NCBI GenBank assembly: GCA_900128395.1
Contig: LT649303.1
Location: 1 to 41,213 of the forward strand
DNA length: 41,213 nt
Direction of reading: 5' to 3'
DNA from: Stramenopiles sp. TOSAG23-2
Lineage: Eukaryota
Part shown: positions 1 through 11,057 of the stretch, piece by piece
Layout: every line of letters begins with the position of its first letter
Numbering within the stretch: position 1 is the stretch's first letter
Notes under the pieces: model-generated
Database searches by the model: none
Seen by the model: only the letters and a program-made list of their open reading frames with translations
Told to the model about the DNA's origin: nothing
Translations under genes and position numbers: made by a program

Positions 1-395
1 AATATCCGTTAAAAGTTAAAAAAAACGCGTAACCCTATAGCTGTAACACTACTTGATAGGTGTTTTTCAGTCGTAGTGTCGGCTCTGTCTAACATTATTT
101 AGTACAAAAATAATATACTAAATTGTTGATAGGTATCAATATTCCAAAAACGATATTTACAATTTATGTAAAAAAGTGAATTTCCATCTAAAATATGATA
201 TTTTGTATGATTTCATATTAATGGTATTTATATGTAATTTTAAGAAAAGGATGAAATTGTTAAAATGACGATGTAATTTTTACATGTTTTTTATGTTTTT
301 AAAAATGGATATTTTCATAATTTAATGATTTCTATGAATTTTATACTTTATTTTAATCATTTCGGTAAATTAATAATTTATTTAAGTACAAATTT

Positions 396-411
396 NNNNN
401 NNNNNNNNNNN
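396..411. other. Assembly gap (16 N)
   Basis: Run of N in the sequence; shows this is a scaffold. Confidence 0.99.
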
Positions 412-834
412 AAAATTCTGCTATCCCTAATTTCTGAAAACAAGAAATGTCAAAATTATTTTGCCAATTGATAGGAAAAATGGTATACTAGTGGAGCCTA
501 AGTTTAAAAAGGTATTTTCAATGTTTTTCCTTTGTTTTCATGTAATGAAATGAAAAATCCATCATCAAAACGATGAAATATAAGAATTTAGGTTGAAAAT
601 GTTGATTTTAATGAAATTTGATGGAAAATATGCGCAAGTGATAATTTTTCCAATAGTATGTAGTGTTAATTGAAATCATCCTTCACAAATGGACTGTAAG
701 TTGCACTACTACTACACATCATAGATGGAAGAATATTCGATTTAACTTGATAGAATTGCACAATTATTTATTTATTTTACAAGTCAAGAATAATAATAGA
801 TAGATAAATCATTAGAAAACAAGGAAAGAGGAAC

Positions 835-2009
835 ATGTCTTTATCATACAATACCATGGAAAATAACGACACAGGAGTAACCGATAAAATGATACCTGAA
901 CCAACCTCATCAAAAGTAGAATCTTCTATTACAGCAAATGATAGTAAGAATAAAAAATATATTGGAATTGGTATACTTATCGTGATAATAATTTTAGTAG
1001 TACAGGAGTAACCGATAAAATGATACCTGAACCAACCTCATCAAAAGTAGAATCTTCTATTACAGCAAATGATAGTAAGAATAAAAAATATATTGGAATT
1101 GGTATACTTATCGTGATAATAATTTTAGTAGTTATTGATGTTGTTGCAAGACCATGTACTCTAGTTGAAACAGAAAGTGCACGTGTTTCACGTTTGAAGA
1201 AAGCAAATGTACCTCTATTTATTGATAATGGGACATTAAATTGCGTAAGCAACGCTGAAAATCCAGCATTCAAATTAGTGGAAAATAACCATTGTGAATC
1301 AAAATATTCATGTACGGGGGTATTACTAACAGATTTTGTTAATTGGGTTGCGCTGAATATGGTCCTTGGCATCTTTTTGTATCTTTTCATCTACGCATTT
1401 TGTACAGTCGCATTTATTCCTGGTAGTATCCTTACCATAGGCGCTGGAATTGCATTTACAGCTGCTACGAATGACATCGGATTAGGAATTTTTATTGGGA
1501 CTGCAACAGTATTTTTTGGCGCTACACTTGGAGCTACATTATCATTTTTCATGGGCCGTTATTTACTGAAAGATTTGACGGGAAAATTACGCAAGAAATT
1601 TGATGTTGTCCGTGCTATCGACAAAGCAATAGAAAAAGAAGGTTTTAAAACAATGTTCTTATTGCGGCTTAGTCCATTAATCCCGTTTAATGCGTTAAAT
1701 TATATTATGTCTGGAACATCAATCTCGTTGAAGGATTACGTATTAGCATGTGTTGGAATGTTACCTGCAACTGTTGTATATGTATATGTTGGAGTTAGCA
1801 TCCATGTTGCTGCAACTGGTAATTACAAGGGCGATACGGATACAAGTGTAATAACGTTAGTTTTATTCATTGTTGGTGCAATATGTGGTATCTTAGCAAT
1901 TGTTAGAATAAGTATGGTTGCTAAATCGTATTTATCAAATGTTGTAAATGAAAAGGAAGTAGGAGATGGGAATGTAGAAGGAGAGGAAACTAGTAAAATT
2001 CCATTATAA
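835..2009 (+). CDS. TVP38/TMEM64-family (VTT / SNARE-associated Golgi, DedA superfamily) membrane protein; about 347 aa after collapsing the 131-bp duplication
   Basis: Motifs FIPGSILTIGAG, GATLGATLSFFMGRY, LLRLSPLIPFNALNY and GMLP. The ATG at 835 reads in frame into copy 1 of the 871-1132 duplication; ORF 1020..2009 is the remainder. Confidence 0.88.
871..1132. repeat. Exact tandem duplication, 131-bp unit (871-1001 / 1002-1132), frameshifting the TMEM64-like gene
   Basis: acaggagtaaccgataaaatg...ttagtagt occurs twice head-to-tail. Confidence 0.95.
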
Positions 2010-2263
2010 AATCTAAAACCTTTATAAAAAAAGAGAATATCATATCTTATAAATATATAAAAATGAATAGTATAAAATTATTTTAAATATTTTATATAAC
2101 TTTAGATTTTAACCAAGAATGTAGAAGGAGAGGAAACTAGTAAAATTCCATTATAAAATCTAAAACCTTTATAAAAAAAGAGAATATCATATCTTATAAA
2201 TATATAAAAATGAATAGTATAAAATTATTTTAAATATTTTATATAACTTTAGATTTTAACCAA
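1970..2263. repeat. Exact tandem duplication, 147-bp unit, covering the stop codon and 3' flank
   Basis: gaatgtagaaggagagg...ttttaaccaa at 1970 and 2117. Confidence 0.95.
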
Positions 2264-2318
2264 TATTTAACTGAATACAAAAAATAAAAAAATATACGGA
2301 CGTCGTAGGAAAAATAGT

Positions 2319-2612
2319 ATTTACCAACACACAAACCAAAAATTACAACCGCTGTGGAAGGTTCAGCGTAGCATCATTACAATTTTCTCCCTGATCATCA
2401 CATAATATAAAGCCCTTATTATTTGCGATCTCCTCTGCGCTGTAAGGTTCTTCCCACCATTTTCCATTTACCAACACACAAACCAAAAATTACAACCGCT
2501 GTGGAAGGTTCAGCGTAGCATCATTACAATTTTCTCCCTGATCATCACATAATATAAAGCCCTTATTATTTGCGATCTCCTCTGCGCTGTAAGGTTCTTC
2601 CCACCATTTTCC
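2319..2612. repeat. Exact tandem duplication, 147-bp unit, covering the 3' end of the minus-strand gene
   Basis: atttaccaacacac...cattttcc at 2319 and 2466. Confidence 0.95.
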
Positions 2613-4825
2613 AAATTGTATTTGTGCATCTGTTGGTATAATATCACTACCAATTGCTGCAGGATTTGGACCTAATGCACCATAATCATCAACACGTGCA
2701 ATCGTTGCGTACGGACGATATCGCTTATTAAATGGATCCCAATCACATATAGGGGACTTTAAATAAATATTTTTGCGTTTTTCAATTATAAATTCACTTG
2801 GCGTCCGCAAGACCCACCATACCTGATATGCTCCACGGCAAATTATTCTTCGTGGAAAATCTTTATACTGTGTCGGCAATGGTATACTTCGATAACCAGA
2901 GGTCAGACCTGGTGGTAATTTGACTTCTATTAAAACTTCTTCTATTTGTTTTTTGTTGTACAGGCCAGTAAGTGGGCCTAATGTAATGTTTGGCAAGTGC
3001 ACTTCTATATACGTTCCACAATGTGTATCGTCATTGTATGGACCGCTGTTCTGAAAACCAGTACATTGATGTACAAACGTCGTGCTACTATATGCCATAG
3101 TGATGCAATATCTACGTTTAGTTCCATTTGCCCAATAACAATCATTGTCACCAACTAACGTATAATTATAATCCCAGCATTTCGGTCTTTCATATGGTTG
3201 TACTTTTGCAACCCGTTTAACAGTACACTCCTGTTTATACAAAACTACTCGCCTACAAGTATAAAACGGTTTAGAGATAATAAATTTATAAAGATTATAT
3301 GGACCTGACGTATCGCACAGTTCATCCTTTGGAATTAATGATGCACACCACGTAACTGTAATTGTATTTTTTCCCGGTGACAAGGCAAAATTTAATGGGT
3401 CGTTCTTCATTTCCCCATTTGTCATTAAAATTTCTGGAAGTTCACGCAATCCGTCATCTATTTTTATCGTGACATATCCAGTTTTCCAACCTACAGTAAT
3501 GTTGTTCATTTCCCCATTTGTCATTAAAATTTCTGGAAGTTCACGCAATCCGTCATCTATTTTTATCGTGACATATCCAGTTTTCCAACCTACAGTAATG
3601 TTGATACTAGTTGTTCTATGATCGACACGTGCATAATAACCATTCACTATACTCGGCTGGAAAGGAAATTCTGTACAGGGTTTCCCCATTGGTGGAACCC
3701 ATGCTCCACAATCACTTGATTCAATCCATTTAATTGGATTGCAACCTTGCGTCTTTTGTTGACTACAAATATTGTCTTTCCCATATAACGGATTGAAATC
3801 TGCTAGATGTCTATTAAATATTAAGTTCCTACCTTGCAAATCAAACTTTTTTAGACTTATAACTTGCGTTGCATTGAAAAATAACAATGGTGGATTGCTA
3901 ATATTTGTAACTGGAGGTTGTATATTTTGATATTGAACATAACGCTCACGACAATGTATTTTATAATCGACTTCACCACCTTTAAGTAAGTTGCTAATAT
4001 AGTCAGTTCCATAATGAACATTCTTTATGATGTCTACTGCCATGGGGGTTAATTCTGTCAATAAATTTTGGTCTGACGAATAAATTGTAGGATCCAAACA
4101 ATGAAATGTTGTACTTGGAGGACATTCTGACAATGGATAGATTACAGGGGATTCTTGTCCTAGCTGGTCCATTTCGAAACGTAAGCATCCCATACAAGTA
4201 TCAATAACTGTTAACGGTGTTTCTAAACCAAGACATACTTCATCTAACAGCAATAATTGGTCACCAAGTCTACTACTAATGTGATCTATTTCAGAGTTAT
4301 CCTCAATTTTAACAATCTGCGACGAGGTATTTTCATTTTCTAGATATTCAGGAGTACCAAATCTATCAAAACAGCAACTAGGTTCATAATTTCTGCAAGG
4401 GTCAAAGATAATATTTACTATATAGTCCAGCGGAGCGCCAAAAATTGGACTTGTTTGAGGAGGAGGTTTGTCAACGTAACCATCCCTGAAAATTAACATC
4501 GTTTCAGGATAATATTTACTATATAGTCCAGCGGAGCGCCAAAAATTGGACTTGTTTGAGGAGGAGGTTTGTCAACGTAACCATCCCTGAAAATTAACAT
4601 CGTTTCAGGATAATAGACAGATTGTACCAAAGGGTGTGTACCGATATCATCAAATAGATCCTGTGTCCTTTCACCTACCAGTTCATTATATCTTGTAGAA
4701 TTTTCGTAATATTGACCGTTTACGAAGTGATGCACGTTAAAAATAAAAAATAACAGTAATGTTGTTAAAACTGGCATTCTACTTTTCGAATGAAAAATAT
4801 TCTTATCGGTCATTACAAACCACAT
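2490..4825 (-). CDS. Secreted Cys-rich protein of unknown function with a probable cadherin-like beta-sandwich; about 711 aa after collapsing duplications (alternative start at 4777)
   Basis: ORFs 4493..4825 and 2490..4499 join once the 101-bp duplication is removed. Signal-peptide-like MPVLTTLLLFFIFNVHHFVNG. The pattern FQP..YYARV..INITV..LSPGKNTITV resembles cadherin-like beta-sandwich repeats. Confidence 0.75.
3406..3603. repeat. Exact in-frame tandem duplication, 99-bp unit (33 aa)
   Basis: NITVGWKTGYVTIKIDDGLRELPEILMTNGEM appears twice; the nucleotide copies start at 3406 and 3505. Confidence 0.95.
4407..4608. repeat. Exact tandem duplication, 101-bp unit, frameshifting
   Basis: gataatatttactatatagtcc... 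at 4407 and 4508. Confidence 0.95.
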
Positions 4826-4938
4826 AGTGCGCTTTTTGATATATATATATATATATATTTATGTATGATAGATACAACAATACTTCAAATAAACAACACA
4901 AATCGGTATACGTTACAATTCTCTGCTATATATTTTGT

Positions 4939-5200
4939 TATCTATCCATATCCTTCTATTTACAAATGTTAATTTGTCTATTTAAATAATACTACTAGTA
5001 AATATAATAAACTATAATATTATTTATTATTATTATCAGAGGTAAAAAAAAAAGTCTGTTGTCGTGTGCTATCTATCCATATCCTTCTATTTACAAATGT
5101 TAATTTGTCTATTTAAATAATACTACTAGTAAATATAATAAACTATAATATTATTTATTATTATTATCAGAGGTAAAAAAAAAAGTCTGTTGTCGTGTGC
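4939..5200. repeat. Exact tandem duplication, 131-bp unit, intergenic
   Basis: tatctatccatatcc...gtcgtgtgc at 4939 and 5070. Confidence 0.95.
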
Positions 5201-5367
5201 TCGGATTGGTTGGAAATTGCTAATGCTACTACCCTGGTAATATAATAAAATGCCCTAACCCTAATTATAACAATTATTATGATGCAGATAGATGATTAAA
5301 ATTTTTTTTTTTTTTTTTTTTTTTATTAGAAAATGAATTGCAAAAAGAATATAATTTAAGTTTAAGT

Positions 5368-5591
5368 ATACCTGTATGTTGAAAAATGGAAACGAAAACG
5401 ATTGAAAAGTAATGACGTAACCTATGTGTTGAGAAAAAAGAATTCATATGTATTATATTAATAGTTATAGTAATAGTGAATACCTGTATGTTGAAAAATG
5501 GAAACGAAAACGATTGAAAAGTAATGACGTAACCTATGTGTTGAGAAAAAAGAATTCATATGTATTATATTAATAGTTATAGTAATAGTGA
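5368..5591. repeat. Exact tandem duplication, 112-bp unit, upstream of UBE2J1
   Basis: atacctgtatgttg...aatagtga at 5368 and 5480. Confidence 0.95.
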
Positions 5592-5607
5592 CAAATAAAA
5601 TCATAAA

Positions 5608-7031
5608 ATGACATCACAATTTTCATTGAAAAATACGGGTGTACGACGTATCATGGAGGAAGTAAATGAAATGAAGAAAGACCCGTCGGACCAATATCAT
5701 GCTATGCCATTGGAAGATAATATTTTTGACTGGCATTTTACTTTACGTGGTCCAAAAGGGACAGATTTTGAAGGAGGCTTTTACCATGGTAGGATAGTGT
5801 TGCCCAGTGGGTACCCATTCAAACCTCCTAACATATATTTTTTAAACGAGAATGGACGGTTTGAAATTAGAAAGAAAATTTGTTTAAGCTTTAGTGCATA
5901 TCACCCAGAAGAGTGGCAACCAGCTTGGGGAATACGAACAATATTAGAAGCATTAATATCTTTTATGCCATCGAAAAGCGAAGGTGCTATTGGTGGATTA
6001 AATTGGACAAAGGAAGAGCGACAAAAATGCATTAAAAAGTCTCTGTCGTATTCTTGTCCTCATTGCGGGCCGATTAAAGACTTGATCCCGGAAGAGTGCA
6101 TTGTAGTAAATGAAGATGGAAAAGAAAAAGCATCGAAAAACAAATATGCAGACGCTATTGCACAAATGCATTTTCATGCCCCAGGAAGTAATAATAATAA
6201 TAATGACAAAAAAAAACCTTCTACTACACTTGATCCCGGAAGAGTGCATTGTAGTAAATGAAGATGGAAAAGAAAAAGCATCGAAAAACAAATATGCAGA
6301 CGCTATTGCACAAATGCATTTTCATGCCCCAGGAAGTAATAATAATAATAATGACAAAAAAAAACCTTCTACTACCAAATCACCTTCAAAAGCAAATGTT
6401 TCAAAGAAAAAACCAGCATCAAAACCAAAAGCTGCTGTTGTATCGAATAATACTGAGTCTAAAATGAATGATAGTAATTAACTTGATCCCGGAAGAGTGC
6501 ATTGTAGTAAATGAAGATGGAAAAGAAAAAGCATCGAAAAACAAATATGCAGACGCTATTGCACAAATGCATTTTCATGCTCCAGGAAGTAATAATAATA
6601 ATAATAATAATGACAAAAAAAAACCTTCTACTACCAAATCACCTTTAAAAGCAAATGTTTCAAAGAAAAAACCAGCATCAAAACCAAAAGCTGCTGTTGT
6701 ATCGAATAATACTGAGTCTAAAATGAATGATAGTAATTTAAGACGAAGAAATGTAAATAACAATAACAATGATAGCACCTCCAATAATAATAATAATGAT
6801 AATAATAATAACGCTGTGAATGATAATACGGGAACGCAACAAAATAATCGTAGAGACGACAATACGAGGCCCCCACCGCGCGAATTTACTCATCGATCTC
6901 ATTATGGAGATACATCTCAAAGTAATTGCGGAGAATTGATAATAATGTTTTTTGCTTCGTTAATATTATGTGTAATAAATTTTATTATTATGCGAAAAGG
7001 TTATTATTTAGTATCTAATATGTTTTGGTAA
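5608..7031 (+). CDS. UBE2J1: Ubiquitin-conjugating enzyme E2 J1 (Ubc6-like, ER tail-anchored); about 340 aa when 5608-6079 is joined to 6481-7031
   Basis: WHFTLRGP, YPFKPP and GRFEIRKKICLSFSAYHPEEWQPAWGIRT (catalytic Cys). C-terminal transmembrane segment LIIMFFASLILCVINFII. Removing the duplicated copies gives a 1023-bp open frame. Confidence 0.9.
6080..6739. repeat. Triplicated segment inside UBE2J1 (copies start at 6080, 6228, 6481); the third copy has SNPs and a longer (aat)n run
   Basis: acttgatcccggaagagtgc occurs three times; gccccagg vs gctccagg, ccttcaaaa vs cctttaaaa, N5 vs N7. Confidence 0.93.
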
Positions 7032-7718
7032 AGGGAGGAGAGGGAGGGATGCATAATTATGAATTTGAATATCACATATTATGTCTAGATCTATAATAGG
7101 GAATACAGGTTAAAAGCATATATTAATAGTTGTATAAGTATTAAAAAATGAATAAATTAAAAAAATATTTGTGTGTACGAGAATAATACGAAGTACGCGT
7201 ATATGTAAAATATTTATGTAGTCCCACTGTGATGTGTGGAGATATGATATTATCATGTACAACTTTTTTTATTTATCATCCACTCTCAAACAAACTTAAG
7301 CTAAAGCATTTCAAAATCAAAGGTTGAAATTTATGAATTTTATTATTATGCGAAAAGGTTATTATTTAGTATCTAATATGTTTTGGTAAAGAGAGGAGAG
7401 GGAGAGGTATGCAAAATTATGAATTTGAATCACATATTATTATCTCTAGATCTAATAATAGGGATATACAGGTTACGCATATATATATTAATAGTTTTAA
7501 AATAAGTATTAAAAAATGAATAAATTTTAAAAATATTTGTACGAGAGAATAAAATACGAAGTACGCACGTATGTACTTCGTATAATTTATGTGGTCCCAG
7601 TGTGGTGTGTGGAGATATTAAATATCATATAAATGATATGCAACAACTTTTTTTATTTATCATCACTCTCAAACAAACTTAAGCTAAAGCATTTCAAAAT
7701 CAAAGGTTGAAATTTATG
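6978..7718. repeat. Diverged tandem duplication of the whole UBE2J1-TBC convergent intergenic region (6978-7335 / 7336-7718), probably two haplotypes
   Basis: Coding flanks nearly identical; non-coding middle has many substitutions and indels. Confidence 0.9.
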
Positions 7719-10394
7719 TAACTCGATGAAAGGTTTCAACGTTATAGTTTTCACATTAGTATCGTTACTACTGTCACTCTCAAACAAACTTAAGCTAAAG
7801 CATTTCAAAATCAAAGGTTGAAATTTATGTAACTCGATGAAAGGTTTCAACGTTATAGTTTTCACATTAGTATCGTTACTACTGTAGCTGCTACCATCAT
7901 CATCTTTTTCTAATCGCAAAGATCTTCGAACATTTGGTCTTTCTGTGTCGTCTTCTGGTAAAATCATTGATAAACATGCTTCAACACTGGCTACCAAGGC
8001 ATTTTGTTCTAAATCCATACCATTTACCAAATATACAGTTTTCAACAACGATTTTAGTTCTTCCTGATTCATGGAATTGGAATCATTTGCATCATATGCA
8101 AGAAAGACCAATGTCATTTTCTCTTCACTTGTGCCATTACTTAATACTTGTATCCCATGCATAAATTCATTGATATCTACATAACCACTATGGGTTCGAT
8201 CCAATGTAACAAATAAGCGATCAATGAGACTTAAATCTTTACTCCATGATGGATTTAATTGTATGAAAACCGTTCTAAAATCTTCCAGATCTAGTTTCCA
8301 ATAATCAACGCTTAATTCTCGCTTTTTTAATTCTAAATCTTTGTCAACATTGTTTAATGCCATTTGTTTAAATATAGTATATGCAACATTGAACTCTTCA
8401 TCACTTTTCATTTTCGCATTTTTTTTCAAACGACTTTTTAATCGTCGTTCAAATACAGCATTTTTATTAAAATTTCTACGAAAATTATTCCGCGCAACCA
8501 TAATAGTTTTACGCCCGACTTCATTTAATTCCTTAAACGCAATGTCTAAAATTTCAGATACGTTATGAAAAATTTCAACTTTACGCTTTAAGATATTACA
8601 AAATTGATGAAAGTCACGAGCTTGCTCAACCAGTTCATGTTCAAACAGTTTAAAATATCCAAATGCAACTGCTAATAATGCATTTCCACCTTCTAATAAT
8701 ATCACATCTAATATTTTAAATGCACAATCTGATGGTGACAATAAAAACAATGTTAAAATATATTGTGATAAAATACCAGTAATTGGTATTTCCAATCGTT
8801 TAATTTTAGCAGCAACGCGTGGCAAACGTGCATGTATTAAATCTTCCAAAACTTTTAAATCTGCTTGTACCCCAGTCATAGACGGCACCCAATATCCAGG
8901 AAAAATATCCTCACAAATAGCGCATAAAACCCAAAAAGCATCTTCCGGTTCACCAATCATTAAAAGCCTTGCTACAATGTAATTCATCGCTTGGCAATAG
9001 CCAATAGCTCTATTTCTACAAGAGAAAGCGCCAAGTACAAGACGTAAATCATCTATTCGCTCACCATCTTTAATGTTTCCATCTTCATCATAAGTGGAAA
9101 AATTATTACCAGCAAATGTTCGTGGTAGGTCTACTTCTATTTGCATTGCATCTGTTTCATTAACCTTTGCATTACATAATCTTTTAAAATAAGATTTGCC
9201 TTCTCGAGCACGTTTAATTTTACCACCTGAAAGTTCTAGATATGCTTCCATCCTTTTATCTTGAGGAATCGATCCTTTCCATATTTCTTCACGCCATTTT
9301 AATCTATCTTCCCGCGTATGTGTTTCCACATAATTACTACTCAGTGTAGATTTGATTTTTGATGTGACTGAATCTGTTATTTCCTTTATTTTAGTTGGTT
9401 TCTTATCATCTTTCATGCCAATTAATGAAAATGGATGTTCTTGACGTATTATTTTCATATATTTCATATTTGACCATATTTGATAACTTTGAAATTCATT
9501 TTCTTGATCATAATATGAACGCCATTCATATGCTTGTATTTGTAGTTCAGCTGATGATTTTACAGAAATACCATATCGATCATAGTTTGGACATTGTGGT
9601 AGTATATCTTCGTTAACATAATTATTATTATTACTATTTGCATCAGTATCTTCCTCTTCTAATTTATTATTATTATTACTATTATCATTATCATTTTTTT
9701 TTTCATTGTAACTTAATGATGAACTAACAAGTATCATAATATATGAATTACGATACCCATGTAATTGCGATGAAAGCCATATTTTCTTGATACGTTTACT
9801 TTCATTATCAAATTTATCATCTAAATATGGCAATGCACGATCATTATTATCTTTTCCATTTATTTGCACGACACCAATTAAATCATTTAAGTTAGTTACC
9901 CGTATTTCAAAGCATATCCCAACATTATTATTTTTCTGTAGACATTTAAGATAATCCACAAAAGATATTTTTACATGAAAGTTTGAGAGCGCTATGGAAC
10001 GATAACCACCGCTAGACGGTTCAAAAGTTAAATTGCTCGTTTTCCCCAAAAATTTATTTCCCAATGTACAATTAATATAAAAATTCTTATTATTATTATG
10101 GAAACTTGTTGCAGCTACGTTACATATGATTTTTTCAATATATAAGTGTATATATGATGGTTTAAAATATTTAATTATTACTGGCGATTTTTGTTTGATA
10201 TTATTATCTAATAATTCATTTTCCTTAACGACATCTGCATTATTATTTTTCTGCTCAAGTGTTGTTTCTTTTTTAAGATCATCATTATTATCATTTGTAT
10301 CGCTCTTTTTCTTGCCTTTATTTTTATTTACATCATCAGCATACATAGCAGTTGTTGCCATTGGCGATAAAGAAAACCCGCCATAATAACTCAT
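7653..10394 (-). CDS. TBC-domain Rab GTPase-activating protein with C-terminal EF-hands (TBC1D8/9-like architecture) and a possible N-terminal C2-like region
   Basis: Arg finger IEVDLPRT, Gln finger GYCQAMN and EDAFW. EF-hand loops DRTHSGYVDINE and DANDSNSMNQEE. Confidence 0.88.
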   Translation of the reverse strand: MSYYGGFSLSPMATTAMYADDVNKNKGKKKSDTNDNNDDLKKETTLEQKNNNADVVKENELLDNNIKQKSPVIIKYFKPSYIHLYIEKIICNVAATSFHNNNKNFYINCTLGNKFLGKTSNLTFEPSSGGYRSIALSNFHVKISFVDYLKCLQKNNNVGICFEIRVTNLNDLIGVVQINGKDNNDRALPYLDDKFDNESKRIKKIWLSSQLHGYRNSYIMILVSSSLSYNEKKNDNDNSNNNNKLEEEDTDANSNNNNYVNEDILPQCPNYDRYGISVKSSAELQIQAYEWRSYYDQENEFQSYQIWSNMKYMKIIRQEHPFSLIGMKDDKKPTKIKEITDSVTSKIKSTLSSNYVETHTREDRLKWREEIWKGSIPQDKRMEAYLELSGGKIKRAREGKSYFKRLCNAKVNETDAMQIEVDLPRTFAGNNFSTYDEDGNIKDGERIDDLRLVLGAFSCRNRAIGYCQAMNYIVARLLMIGEPEDAFWVLCAICEDIFPGYWVPSMTGVQADLKVLEDLIHARLPRVAAKIKRLEIPITGILSQYILTLFLLSPSDCAFKILDVILLEGGNALLAVAFGYFKLFEHELVEQARDFHQFCNILKRKVEIFHNVSEILDIAFKELNEVGRKTIMVARNNFRRNFNKNAVFERRLKSRLKKNAKMKSDEEFNVAYTIFKQMALNNVDKDLELKKRELSVDYWKLDLEDFRTVFIQLNPSWSKDLSLIDRLFVTLDRTHSGYVDINEFMHGIQVLSNGTSEEKMTLVFLAYDANDSNSMNQEELKSLLKTVYLVNGMDLEQNALVASVEACLSMILPEDDTERPNVRRSLRLEKDDDGSSYSSNDTNVKTITLKPFIELHKFQPLILKCFSLSLFESDSSNDTNVKTITLKPFIELHKFQPLILKCFSLSLFESDDK
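7663..7884. repeat. Exact in-frame tandem duplication, 111-bp unit (37 aa), at the TBC protein C-terminus
   Basis: tcactctcaaac... at 7663 and 7774; SSNDTNVKT...SLFES appears twice. Confidence 0.95.
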
Positions 10395-11057
10395 AAATTT
10401 AAATTAATAATATATGGCTACTGGTGTAAACGTAAAATATATAATCCAATTCGACCGATAGCAAAAAAAAAAATATACTGAAGTAGTATCAATCCACACA
10501 CACGCACAGATATCTATCTATATATATATATATAGAACGCAACTTATGTAAATGGTAATTTATAGAAAAAATTATACATGGAATGATTGTGCTGCAGTGT
10601 ACATTTCCACATCACATTAATCATTATATTTTTGATGAATACATCCCTTTTTATGAAGATTATTTGTTGTAGAATTATTATTATGATTTTTTTTGTGATT
10701 TTAGTATTGTAATTCCCACTTTTAAGTATAAATTATGTGTCATTGATAGGCGAAATCAGAAAATCGAAGGTTGGAAGCAATCAATTTGAGGGACAGAGCG
10801 AATGAACGTTACCAAGTTCTATGCGTAAAAAAACCCTGCATGTATTATCTATCTACTATATATATAGAAGAAGCAATATACATGTAAATATATATATATA
10901 TATAATATACCAAATTATATTCATAGATACTACCAATATTCGATATATATTTAGAGAGTGAATATACGTATATATATTTATTTTACATACAAACCCCCTA
11001 ATTTTTTTTTCCAATTATTAACTTTGTATATATATTAATATACATACACATTATTTG

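Noticed and set aside
1-700. Large inverted repeat around the N gap, or similarity to the 40.7-41.0 kb element
   Set aside because: Only short AT-rich matches (e.g. tttccatc / gatggaaa), which I cannot distinguish from chance by eye.
6080-6739. CRISPR-like array or programmed frameshift / alternative C-termini
   Set aside because: No repeat-spacer structure; the copies are overlapping allelic versions of the same coding segment in a eukaryotic gene.
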